DNA of 64,000 bases, from IMG/VR virus record IMGVR_UViG_3300014325_000011, positions 32,001 through 96,000 of that record; one strand, given 5' to 3'. Positions 26,965-36,192 of this stretch are shown here, one piece after another. The translations under genes were made by a program, and so were the position numbers. Origin of the DNA: a virus. The stretch's first letter is position 1, and each line of letters starts with the position of its first letter. The notes beneath the pieces were generated by a model, which saw only the letters and a list, made by a program, of their open reading frames with translations, did no database searches and was not told the origin of the DNA.

Positions 26965-27507
26965 CTATGAAATGATGAATTCGGTGACGGTCGTGATGAC
27001 GGCGACTTCAACGTGAAGCCGGTTGTCTTTCAGTTCCGGCTCGCCCGGGTTGATTTCAATGTCTTCGCCGGCCTGCCAGATGACGCCGAAGTCTCGACCA
27101 CCGGTTCCCCAGGTGCGGTCTGCGCGCGCTCGTTCGGCGAGTGCGTCGAGGAATGCGTCGAAGTCATCGATCGCGTCCTCAACACGCGGCTGCCGGGACC
27201 GGAAGTAGGTTTCGAGGTAGACCGTGCGGTCGATCCGCTTTTCGCCGGCTGGCGTGATGCCGTTGGTGCCGCCTCCGCCGATCGACTCTCGCTTCTCCAG
27301 GTGGTTGACGAGGTGAACCGTGCAGACAGCGCCGGAAACCTGGCCGGGCAGGGGGCAATAGTCGTCGTCCTGTGCCTCACGCGGGCCGCTGGTCCAAAGG
27401 GTGCCCAAGAACTTGACGGGGCCATCGCGGTACATCGACGGTCGGGAGGGTTGCGGTCTTCCCCCGAACCAGGCTGCGGTGGCGGCGCGGATTGTGGCCC
27501 GAGACAT
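26965..27507 (-). CDS. Tail terminator-like protein
   Basis: Position upstream of the tube gene; GGAGG RBS; LAERARADRTWG. Confidence 0.6.
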   Translation of the reverse strand: MSRATIRAATAAWFGGRPQPSRPSMYRDGPVKFLGTLWTSGPREAQDDDYCPLPGQVSGAVCTVHLVNHLEKRESIGGGGTNGITPAGEKRIDRTVYLETYFRSRQPRVEDAIDDFDAFLDALAERARADRTWGTGGRDFGVIWQAGEDIEINPGEPELKDNRLHVEVAVITTVTEFIIS

Positions 27508-27525
27508 GACGCCTCCGGGCTGGGT

Positions 27526-28680
27526 TCAGACTGCGATCCGCTTGTACCGGTCGAGGATCATCCGTGCGGCTTTTTGGAAGACGTCCATGTCGGTGCCCAC
27601 CGACTTGTCTACCGACGGCGCCCCGGTGTCCGACGACCGGCGGATGAGCACCACGGCCATCTGGCCGACCGCGGTCTTGATGTCTTCGGGCATCGCGCCG
27701 ATGGAGGTACCTGCCGGGTGGGCGTAGGCCGCCGTGCCGACGAGGGGAAGGGTTGCCGGGCCGGTTGTCGGGGTCCACGAGGTGGCGACGCTGACAGCTT
27801 CTTCCGAGCCTGGGTGGTGGATGTTGAGCGTCTGGCCGGGTTGGATGCCGGTGGCGTCCTGTATGGCCAGCGTCGTGGCGGCAGCAGCCGAGGCCGCGGT
27901 GAGAATCGAGATGGGGAAGCCGGCGATGTAGTCGTACTCAACCCACATCCGCTGGCCCGGTGGAGGTCCGCCGAACTGCAACGGTACCGTTCCACCGCCG
28001 CCCGTGAACGGGACGACGATCAGCCCATCCGCGGGCCAGTAGACGGCCGGGGTGGAGTCAGTCATCTGCCCAGGGCTGCCGTAGGCCAACCTGGACAGCG
28101 ACACTGCGGGTACGGTGCCGGAGGTGTGCCGGGGCGACAGGGTGATGGTGCCGTCGCCCGCGACCCGCACCGACTGCCGCTCCGACAGCACTCGGTGCGC
28201 GCCGAGTTGCACAGCGCAGTAGTTGTCGCACCATCTGGACGCCCTCAACAAGATGTTGCCCAGCTCGGCATCGTTCGCTGCCAGCGAGCCGTTGGCGATC
28301 AGGTCGTCAACGTTGGTGCCCGTCGGCATCGCCCTGAACTCGGCGATCGTCACATAGGAGCCGGGCCAGCCGAACACCTGCCCGGAATCGGCATACGCAC
28401 CCGACGGCAGGGCGGTGAACTCGCCGTCGAGGCCGCCGTTCGGTGCGGTTGCCCTGTACCAGTAGGCATACCGGCCCTCGTTCGGCGGCGTGTACACATA
28501 CTCGTACGAGCCGACGCCCAACCGGGTCAGATCGACCAGGTTGGCGGTGACGGTCGACCCGTCGGGCAGCCTGATCGTCAGCGACAGCGTTTCCGGATCG
28601 ACCGGCGTACCGCTGACCGGGTCGACAAGCTGGCAGGGCAGACGAACAGCCTGCCCCGCCGCGTAGGGGGTCGTCGACAT
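27526..28680 (-). CDS. Head-tail adaptor with extra N-terminal Ig/BppU-like domain
   Basis: YVTIAEFR, LLRASRWCDNYC, MPEDIKTAV, ILDRYKRI. Confidence 0.7.
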   Translation of the reverse strand: MSTTPYAAGQAVRLPCQLVDPVSGTPVDPETLSLTIRLPDGSTVTANLVDLTRLGVGSYEYVYTPPNEGRYAYWYRATAPNGGLDGEFTALPSGAYADSGQVFGWPGSYVTIAEFRAMPTGTNVDDLIANGSLAANDAELGNILLRASRWCDNYCAVQLGAHRVLSERQSVRVAGDGTITLSPRHTSGTVPAVSLSRLAYGSPGQMTDSTPAVYWPADGLIVVPFTGGGGTVPLQFGGPPPGQRMWVEYDYIAGFPISILTAASAAAATTLAIQDATGIQPGQTLNIHHPGSEEAVSVATSWTPTTGPATLPLVGTAAYAHPAGTSIGAMPEDIKTAVGQMAVVLIRRSSDTGAPSVDKSVGTDMDVFQKAARMILDRYKRIAV

Positions 28681-28695
28681 GACACCCCCACAGGG

Positions 28696-31308
28696 TCAGA
28701 TCGTCGGACTGCCGGTGAGGACCACGGCGGGTTCGTCGCCGCCGGCCGGCGCTGTCGCCGCGCTTGGGGTGCCGGTGAGGATTGCTCCGCCGAGCATTCC
28801 TCCGTAGTCGCCGCCGCCGTAGCCGACATCCCCGTAGCCGACCGCATCGCCCGGTCCGGATGGGACATCGAGGCCGGTGAGGATCGCAGTCACAATGCGG
28901 GCGAGCGCGTCGGAGTCATCGAGCACGACCGTGTCGACGCCGCCGTTGACCGCCGCGTCGATGTGCGCTTGGTCAACTGCCCGCGAGGATTCGGAGGCGG
29001 TAACCGTGGCCGACATCGGGCCGAACGTGTCGGCACCTGTAATCCCGTCAACACTGAACGCGGTGACGGCAAGTCCGGTCTGGTCGGCCGCAGAGCCAGC
29101 GTCTGTGCTGGCCATACCGACTGCCGGGGTCTGCTCGCCAGCAGCGGCCTGGTCAAGCCCGGCGACGTTGGCGGACAGCGATCCGACCGCCTCCGCCAGC
29201 CCACCCTGATCGGGTGTGGCTGCGGTGACGCCGATCGCGACTGCCACACCCCCGTAGGGGTCGACACCGTAGCCGGCCTCGCCGTAGCCGTCGCCGGCCA
29301 TCAGCGCGGACACGGTGTCAACGTCGGCGACCTGCGCGGACAGGGCTGCGAGGGTGTCGACGGCGACATGGTTGTCACGCGAGGTCAGCGTGACCTGCGG
29401 GGCACCCTCAGCGACCGAGGCTGTATCCGTGTCGGACAGGCCGACGAGCGCCACCTCGGCTACCGCACCGCTGTCACTGGCGGTCAGGCTGGCTGCGACT
29501 GCCGGGGTTTCGCCCGCAGTCGCCCCATCCCCCCCGGCCACCGTGGCATTCAGCGACACCACCGAGTCGGCCGCGGTGATGCTGTCCATGCCGAACACGG
29601 TGGGGGACAGAACAGTCGCATCGGCGGCGGTAGCACTGTCCGAGCTGACCAGCAGGTAGGTCAGCGCACTACTGTCCGCTGCCGTGGCCGCATCAACACC
29701 GGCAACACCGATGGTCGGTGTCGCCTCAACGAACGCCGCCGTGTCCGAACTGGCGATCGACGGGGTGAGTGTCGCGCCGTCGATGGCTGTGATGCCATCA
29801 ACGGCGGCCAGCGAGATGAGGGGAACATCGCCGCCGTAGGAGCCGCCGCCGTAGCCACCTGCGCCGTAGCCATCCCCGGACCCGGTCGCGGCGACCACAT
29901 CAACATCGGCAACCGAGGCGGTCAACGAAACCAGCACATCGGTAGCGGTGACCGTGTCGCTGTCCGATTTGACAACTGCGGTGGCCGTCGTTTCGGAGGC
30001 GGTCGCACTATCCGAACTCGTAGCCGTGCCGGTGACCGCGCCCAAGTCGACGGCCGTACTACTGTCCGAATCGGCCGGCGTGGCCGTGATGGCCGCAGCG
30101 TCGGTAGCCGTCGCCGTGTCTGTCGACGTCGGTCCGACGGCAGGGATGCTTCCCGTGTCGGCGGCGCTGCCGGCGTCCACCGAGGTCAGCGAGGCGGCGA
30201 CCTGGCCAACATCAGCCAACGTCGCGGAATCGACAGGACCAGTCAGGGAGATCGCCGGGGCGGCCTCGCCGAACGTCGCCAGGTCGACGATCGAGGTCAG
30301 GCTGATCGCCAGTGCGGCCCCGTCGGCGAGGCTGGCCGTGTCCGAACCGGTGAACGTGGCGGTGAGCGCTGTCAGGTCCGCCGCGGAGGCCGCATCCGAC
30401 CCGGCCACAGACGCCGACAGGGCGGTGACATCGGCAGCCGTAGCGGTGTCCGCCGAGGACAACACGGTGGTGATGCCCGCGGTTTCAGTACCAGTCGCAG
30501 TGTCCGCCGCCGCCGGAGTGACAGCGATCGAGACGGGGCTTCCTATCCCGCCGCCGTAGCCACCCTCGCCGTACAGACCCGCTCCGTAGCCGCCGGAGCT
30601 GGCGTCCATCTGCGCCGTGTCCGACGCGGTCACCGTCGCCGTGATGCTGGCGGTCGCTGTGGCGGTCGCACTGTCCGAGGAGAGCAGCGTGACGGTCGCC
30701 GTCTCGGTGGCAGTACCACTGTCTGTCGACGTTTTGGCAACCAGCGCCTGCACTGCGGAGGCGACGGTGAACGCCGAGAACACGACGTCGCCGGACGAGT
30801 TGTACGTGTCCAGACCGGCCTTGCTGCCGCCCGTGATCGACGAGTCCGTACCCGACCAGATCGCCGACCCGTTTAGATCAACCTCAAGGGCGGTGCCATA
30901 CACCGAAAGAGTGGTCGTGCAGGGAAACGACGGCGCGGTGAACGCGACCGACGTCAACACGCTGACCGAGCCGGACACGCATTTCAGAACATACATGGTG
31001 CCGGTGTCAAAATGAAAATCGGCCGCGTAAAACGACTGGGAACTCAGCAGCGTGCCCGAGTTCGACATGCGGGCGGCGACACCAGCCGACCGGCCCGACG
31101 GTGCGGCGTTGACCGTGACCGTGACCGCCATGTCCGCCGACGGCACCGACGTGTTGTCACACCGGGCGTAGGCCACCGCGCTGCCCAGCGTCACCGTCGC
31201 AGTGTTACTGCCAGCATTAACCCAGTTGCCGGTGATCTCCGTCCACGACTGGTCGCCGCCAAACGCCGGACTCGCCGACGGAAACGTCTCGGTGTAGTAG
31301 GTGGTCAC
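28696..31308 (-). CDS. Large repetitive virion surface protein (lectin-like N-terminus, A/T/S/D repeats, GYG motifs)
   Basis: ~18-aa SDTATATD-type repeats; four GYGxGxYG.GxYGG motifs. Confidence 0.65.
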   Translation of the reverse strand: MTTYYTETFPSASPAFGGDQSWTEITGNWVNAGSNTATVTLGSAVAYARCDNTSVPSADMAVTVTVNAAPSGRSAGVAARMSNSGTLLSSQSFYAADFHFDTGTMYVLKCVSGSVSVLTSVAFTAPSFPCTTTLSVYGTALEVDLNGSAIWSGTDSSITGGSKAGLDTYNSSGDVVFSAFTVASAVQALVAKTSTDSGTATETATVTLLSSDSATATATASITATVTASDTAQMDASSGGYGAGLYGEGGYGGGIGSPVSIAVTPAAADTATGTETAGITTVLSSADTATAADVTALSASVAGSDAASAADLTALTATFTGSDTASLADGAALAISLTSIVDLATFGEAAPAISLTGPVDSATLADVGQVAASLTSVDAGSAADTGSIPAVGPTSTDTATATDAAAITATPADSDSSTAVDLGAVTGTATSSDSATASETTATAVVKSDSDTVTATDVLVSLTASVADVDVVAATGSGDGYGAGGYGGGSYGGDVPLISLAAVDGITAIDGATLTPSIASSDTAAFVEATPTIGVAGVDAATAADSSALTYLLVSSDSATAADATVLSPTVFGMDSITAADSVVSLNATVAGGDGATAGETPAVAASLTASDSGAVAEVALVGLSDTDTASVAEGAPQVTLTSRDNHVAVDTLAALSAQVADVDTVSALMAGDGYGEAGYGVDPYGGVAVAIGVTAATPDQGGLAEAVGSLSANVAGLDQAAAGEQTPAVGMASTDAGSAADQTGLAVTAFSVDGITGADTFGPMSATVTASESSRAVDQAHIDAAVNGGVDTVVLDDSDALARIVTAILTGLDVPSGPGDAVGYGDVGYGGGDYGGMLGGAILTGTPSAATAPAGGDEPAVVLTGSPTI

Positions 31309-31340
31309 CGACGCCCCCGTCCAGGCTCACCTTCCGCCGG

Positions 31341-32891
31341 TCAGATCGCCTGCCAAGAGGTCCCATCCCAGACGAACGTGATGCCGGTCGTCGCAGAGGC
31401 CGTTGTCGAAAACGACTTTCCGTTCAGCTTGAACACCGCGTTCAGGGTCACCGTCCGGCCGCCAGTGCCGTCCTGCGTGAGCAGCAACGTGAGTTTCTGG
31501 CCCACCACCAGGTAGATCCCGGTGCCCGTGTTCGTACCCGTCAGCGCCGGGGCGCCGACCGTCGTGTTCCCGGTCAGCGTCATCGCGTACGTTTCGGACA
31601 GGAACGGGTCAGGTGTCCAGCTCGACGAGTAGGATAGGGCGTTGAACCCGCCGCCCTGCACACCCATCTGCACCTTGTTCGACCCGATCACACTTGACGC
31701 CTGAAGGGGCGGCATGTTGGTGCTGTTGTCGTTCAACTTGCCGTAGAAGATCAGCTCGACGCGGTTCCCTGTGGCACTTGACGTGATATTCAGCCCGGAG
31801 GCCTGATGGTTCAGGTTCGCCGCCCGATCCCAGGTCAGGCCGGTGACCGTACAGTTGCTGCTACCGCCCAGATCCACCCCGGCGAAGGAGCCGACCGGCG
31901 TGCCCGTGGACGTGCCGTCCGAGGTGCCATTGTGGCTGTTGCTGTCCGCCTCGATGCCGACCAGCGTCTGTCGGCCGCCGCGCACATAGAAGCCCGCGCG
32001 CGCGTTGTCCTGCGCGCAACAGCCGGTGGATTCGCCGCCGTTAAAGTTCCCGGCCGCCGAGCTGCCGCCAATGTTGTAGTAGAGGAATCCGTTGCCGAAC
32101 CCGTTGGCCAGGCTGTAGGTCAGACCGCCGGTGATGTTGCCTCCGTCCCACGAGTTCGCAGGAGCGGAAACGCTGACCGCCGTGCTCGTCCCGAAACGGT
32201 TGGTCATCAACGAGTAGCCCGAATACCAGGCCTTGCAGTTGGACAGCATGTTGTTGCCCTGGACCAGGAACCCGTCCAGCCCGTTGCCGCCCGAATCGCA
32301 GTTGGTGTACATGGAGTCGATCGACAGGTTGAAGCCGAAGCCGTTGCAGGTCCACACCTGGATGTTGGCGCCCTGGACGACACCGCGGCCCGTCTGCACG
32401 AAGCCGTCGCCAGTGAAGTTCTGAATCAGAACATTGGAGACCTGGTGGCGTGCGTCCGTGTACTCGTAGGAACCCGACGGGGTCGAGTTCTGAAACACTA
32501 TTCCGCAGTTCCAGTTGCTGCCGGAAACGGAACCCTTGTTGCCCTCCAAGCGCATCTTGTGAACACCACAGGCCTGCGCATCGTTGACGCCCGAGTAGTT
32601 CTGGACGTTCATGATCAGGTTTTCGAGAGTGGTCGCCGACGCCCGCAACGTCAACTGGGTGGCGAGCCCAACACCCTCCAGAGTGACCCGTTCCGGCAGG
32701 TTGATCTGGCCGGTGATGTAGTTCCCCGCCGGGAAAAACACGGTCCCCGACTGGGCGTAGATCGACACCGGAGCGACCGACGCAACCGCAGTGGCAATCG
32801 CATTCGTATCGTCGGTGCTGCCATCACCCTTGGCGCCGAAGTCCTTGACGTTTACGTAGATCCCACGCGGAGGGTAGAAAACATCGCTCAC
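31341..32891 (-). CDS. Pectate-lyase-3-like beta-helix spike protein
   Basis: VNVKDFGAKGDGSTDDTNAI...TVFFPAGNY; C-terminal LTQDGTGGRTVT module. Confidence 0.8.
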   Translation of the reverse strand: MSDVFYPPRGIYVNVKDFGAKGDGSTDDTNAIATAVASVAPVSIYAQSGTVFFPAGNYITGQINLPERVTLEGVGLATQLTLRASATTLENLIMNVQNYSGVNDAQACGVHKMRLEGNKGSVSGSNWNCGIVFQNSTPSGSYEYTDARHQVSNVLIQNFTGDGFVQTGRGVVQGANIQVWTCNGFGFNLSIDSMYTNCDSGGNGLDGFLVQGNNMLSNCKAWYSGYSLMTNRFGTSTAVSVSAPANSWDGGNITGGLTYSLANGFGNGFLYYNIGGSSAAGNFNGGESTGCCAQDNARAGFYVRGGRQTLVGIEADSNSHNGTSDGTSTGTPVGSFAGVDLGGSSNCTVTGLTWDRAANLNHQASGLNITSSATGNRVELIFYGKLNDNSTNMPPLQASSVIGSNKVQMGVQGGGFNALSYSSSWTPDPFLSETYAMTLTGNTTVGAPALTGTNTGTGIYLVVGQKLTLLLTQDGTGGRTVTLNAVFKLNGKSFSTTASATTGITFVWDGTSWQAI

Positions 32892-34507
32892 AGTGCGCTC
32901 CAGGTGAGGCGACCCAGCCGCAGTGCGCGGGCAGAAGAGGCAAGAGTTCGCAGCCGCGCCGTGTAGCCCAGCGCCGCCGAGCTCGATGGCAGGTTGGTCG
33001 TGTGCGTCGCGGCCAACGTCCCGTTGACCCAGAACCGGACCTGCGACACGGCGCTGTTGATCTCAATCAGCAGCTCGTACGCACTGTCCAGCACAATCGC
33101 CGACGTCGTGGTTGTGACTGTCGCCGTCGTCCCCGAGCTGGTGACTGTCCGCCAGACCGCCGTCCCGTCAACCCCGGTGTCATATCTGAGCCATGCACCC
33201 TGCGCGGTGCTGTACGAGCCGGTCGTCGCCGGACCGGCGTTGCCCGCAATGTCGGCGGAGACGAGACCCACCGCGAGCCGCGTCGAGGTGATCGCCGAAG
33301 GGTCGGTACGGATCCGGGCGTAGACGTAGGGCGCCCACCTGGGTTGGATCACCCCGAACGGGGAGATCAGCCCGGCGTCAACCGACGAAGCCGCTGTGGT
33401 CGTGTACCGGACCAGCGGCCCTTCCGCCTGGTCGTCGGAGGTCGGCGTGATGTTGACGGTCGCGACGGTTGGTGGCGAGACCCCGTCGAGGATCAGCGTT
33501 GTATCGCCGCCCGGTGCGGCAACAGACGCCGTCCGCCGGGTCACAGGGGCCAGCAGCTCATCCTCATGACCGACAGACGAGCGTGCCCGAGGGCGGCCGT
33601 TGCGCACCCAGATGACCGAACCCTCGGCAGTGGTGAACGACCCTTCCGCCTGGTGCGACCCGTCCGGGTTACCGGTCGGCGGGGTCGACGAGTTGCCGAG
33701 CGCGAGCACGTCCACGCCGCCGGCGGGGTCACCGGCCGCACCCCGGATACCGCCGCCAGCGGTGATGACAGATGCCCGGGTGGTGACTGTCGGCGCGGTA
33801 CCGATCGCATCGGAGGGCTGCCCCGAATACATGGTCGCTCCGCCGACCTGGCCGACGCCGAAGACCGGGGCGCCGGCATAGTCGCGGGCGAGGATCAGGT
33901 TTTTCGTCGACGATTCTCTGCCGCGTACGACCAGCCCGTCATGGGAGGCGTCGGGTAGGAGGAGATTCCAAACGCCTTCGTTGGTGGAGCCGGTGCCACC
34001 GAAGTTCCGCTGAACGGTGCCACCGGACGTGTAGCTACCAGAGCCGGTCGTCGATTGGAGAGTGAACTGGGTGGGCGCAACCTTGGTGATCGTCTTGACG
34101 CCGTTGACGCCTGTGATGCCGCCGACGTTCGCGATCGTCACCACGTCGCCCGTGCCGTAGCCATGGGATGCGCTGGTGGTGACCGTGACCGTTGTCGTAC
34201 CGGTCACGTTGGAGATCGTCAGCGGCGCGTCACCGGTTTGGATCGTCCCGTCGGCGAGCAGACCCACCCGGGCCAACAGGTCTGCGGCCTGCTTGACCGC
34301 GAGCACCACCGCGGACGTGGAAGCGGCCGTGGTCTGGGTGGCTACAGCGCCGATGTCGGAGGGGGCGATCGCGTCGCCGCCGCCTGTGAGGTGCTGGTCG
34401 GCGTGGGTGTTGACCCGGTTGACGATGGTCGTCAGGGCCGTGTTGAGGGTGGTGTCCCAGGCTGCCTGGTCGTGCGTTGGCAGCGTGGGGTTGATAGGTC
34501 CAGTCAC
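32888..34507 (-). CDS. Fibre-like structural protein
   Basis: N-terminus shared with 36193-38661; HGYGTGDVVTI (FCCH-like) module; C-terminal beta-sandwich. Confidence 0.65.
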   Translation of the reverse strand: MTGPINPTLPTHDQAAWDTTLNTALTTIVNRVNTHADQHLTGGGDAIAPSDIGAVATQTTAASTSAVVLAVKQAADLLARVGLLADGTIQTGDAPLTISNVTGTTTVTVTTSASHGYGTGDVVTIANVGGITGVNGVKTITKVAPTQFTLQSTTGSGSYTSGGTVQRNFGGTGSTNEGVWNLLLPDASHDGLVVRGRESSTKNLILARDYAGAPVFGVGQVGGATMYSGQPSDAIGTAPTVTTRASVITAGGGIRGAAGDPAGGVDVLALGNSSTPPTGNPDGSHQAEGSFTTAEGSVIWVRNGRPRARSSVGHEDELLAPVTRRTASVAAPGGDTTLILDGVSPPTVATVNITPTSDDQAEGPLVRYTTTAASSVDAGLISPFGVIQPRWAPYVYARIRTDPSAITSTRLAVGLVSADIAGNAGPATTGSYSTAQGAWLRYDTGVDGTAVWRTVTSSGTTATVTTTTSAIVLDSAYELLIEINSAVSQVRFWVNGTLAATHTTNLPSSSAALGYTARLRTLASSARALRLGRLTWSAL

Positions 34508-34546
34508 GGGGGCTGCTCACCCCCGTGACTCGACTAGGTCATGCGG

Positions 34547-34855
34547 CTAGGAAGCTTCGGACACGTGCGCGGCGGGGACCTTGCAGATCTTCGGTGCGTG
34601 CGGGCCACGGAGCCTGTGCTGGTCGGCCGGGCCCGGGTCGCCGGTCTTCTTCCATCGGGCATAGTGCATCCCGCACCATGTTCGGCAGTGAACCGGTTGG
34701 TCGCAGCCGGGGACGGTGCAGACCGTCGGACGGCTCGGCCTCGCCGCCCGAGGTGTGCCGTACTTGCGGTGCCACGACCGGTAGTGGTTCTTGCAGCGCC
34801 CCTTGGCGTAGGAGGGGAGTTCACATTCGTCGTTCAGGCAGATAGCCTTGGCCAC
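34547..34855 (-). pseudogene. Tandem zinc-finger N-terminus of an HNH-endonuclease-like gene, with no nuclease domain
   Basis: C-x4-C...CKNHY and CTVPGC...[14 protein letters not shown]; a third repeat breaks off at ICKVP. Confidence 0.5.
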
Positions 34856-34927
34856 GTCGGGCCACCTCTCGTTGCGGTGTAGGTGGTGCGGCAGACGGCG
34901 GGGAGGTGCAACTCTCCGCCGTCACCT

Positions 34928-34979
34928 ATTCTAAAGCCCAGTGTCGCCCTAGTCTCCCACTGTTCGAACAACTGTTCCG
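34928..34979 (-). promoter_or_regulatory. TAGAAT -10 with an upstream LexA-box-like site
   Basis: TAGAAT (minus, 34928-34933); TCGAAC-AACT-GTTCCG at 34964-34979. Confidence 0.45.
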
Positions 34980-35003
34980 TGCGGCGCTGTACACAAAGCG
35001 AAA

Positions 35004-35564
35004 CTAGGAGAGCGATATGCTAACTTGTAGCTGCCAACTCGCCGCGCTCGTTTTCGTGCCCAAGGCCACGACTTTTCTATTCAGAAGGCGCCCCCCACTG
35101 GACGCATTCGCGAGTCCCCATTCGGCCCATTGAAAATTCCCGACGCCGGTGCCGAACGTCGCCGTCCACGTCGCTGTGGCCGATCCGGAGGAGGTTCCAT
35201 CGGTGTGGGACACAGTCGCAGCGGCCCGCACCTTGTTGGAGCTGGCCTGGAGATCCGTTTGAGTCGCCGCTTCAGCCGTGGAGCTATCTCCTACAGCCAA
35301 GTAGGAGTTGCTCGAATTGAAGTAGGTGAGCGTCTGCCCACTTGTGGCCGTCCCGTTTCCGATCAGGCACTCCCAGATACAGCTCGCCCCGCCGTACATC
35401 AGCAAGTTGCCCGCACCCTCAACCACCTCGTACGGGTCGACCGACTGATCGTCACCCCACCGCTTCGTAACCGTCCACGTGCAGCGCCACCGGGCCGGTT
35501 CGTGGTCGGCCACGGCCACACCGAGCCGGGCTGTTTCGGCCACACCGGCCGCATCCTTGTGCAT
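35004..35564 (-). CDS. Virion structural protein
   Basis: GNLL..GG...LAVGDSSTA..ATQTDL...EWGL.NASSGG.LLNRKV pattern seen in phage structural proteins. Confidence 0.6.
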   Translation of the reverse strand: MHKDAAGVAETARLGVAVADHEPARWRCTWTVTKRWGDDQSVDPYEVVEGAGNLLMYGGASCIWECLIGNGTATSGQTLTYFNSSNSYLAVGDSSTAEAATQTDLQASSNKVRAAATVSHTDGTSSGSATATWTATFGTGVGNFQWAEWGLANASSGGRLLNRKVVALGTKTSAASWQLQVSISLS

Positions 35565-35655
35565 GGGGGAGCCCCTTTCAGCGGGCATGGGAAAAGACCC
35601 GCATGAGGGCGGGTGGGAACGTTCGGATGTGCTGCCGGTCAGGTCGGCGGAACGG

Positions 35656-36006
35656 TCATGTTCCGCTCGTCGAGTCGAGCTGGCCGAGCAGCAGCCGGAT
35701 GAGCGCGGAGCATTCGCGGGTGAGCCGGCCGACCTGGGTGGCTACCTGCGCGGCAGTCGGAGTGCCGATCGCCAGGTAGGTGGCGTTGGCGTCCAGTGCG
35801 GCCGACGCCAGTGCGCGCAGGGTGGCCGCGTTGACGTCAGCCAGCGGCGGGCTGGGCCAGGTGTAGCCGCCGGCCTGCGCCGCCGCCAGGGTGAGCAGCT
35901 GGGTGCCGGCGGGCGGGGTGTAGGGGCTGGTGCCGTCCCAGGTCACCGGACCGCCCTTGATGGTGAGGTCCGCTGTGTCTACTGACACGACCACGTAGGC
36001 CGCCAT
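35656..36006 (-). CDS. Hypothetical protein (possible fibre chaperone)
   Basis: MAAYVVV...; follows the fibre gene. Confidence 0.55.
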   Translation of the reverse strand: MAAYVVVSVDTADLTIKGGPVTWDGTSPYTPPAGTQLLTLAAAQAGGYTWPSPPLADVNAATLRALASAALDANATYLAIGTPTAAQVATQVGRLTRECSALIRLLLGQLDSTSGT

Positions 36007-36007
36007 A

Positions 36008-36178
36008 TCAGCTGCTGGAGATCGCTTGGTTGAGAGCCTGGGCGAACACGTTGTCGAGGGCGTCCTCGGTCTCGTCCGGCAATTCCGACGCAGGCTTGCG
36101 CCAAAAAATGTAGGAACCCCAATAGGCCACGGCATCACCCGTGCCGGATTCGAGGAAAACCTGCAACTTGTCCGACAT
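36008..36178 (-). CDS. Small hypothetical protein (56 aa, absent from the ORF track)
   Basis: GAGGA RBS; [15 protein letters not shown]...; fills the gap. Confidence 0.5.
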   Translation of the reverse strand: MSDKLQVFLESGTGDAVAYWGSYIFWRKPASELPDETEDALDNVFAQALNQAISSS

Positions 36179-36192
36179 TCCGCTTCCTCACT

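Noticed and set aside
28900-30720. Possible CRISPR array or DNA-level tandem repeat
   Set aside because: The repeats are degenerate protein-coding repeats; there is no repeat-spacer structure and no cas genes.
27013-30876. 1287-aa + strand ORF, and similar long ORFs at 13663, 16668, 19533, 23003 and 40582
   Set aside because: Antisense shadows of real minus-strand genes in high-GC DNA; Arg/Gly-rich with no motifs.
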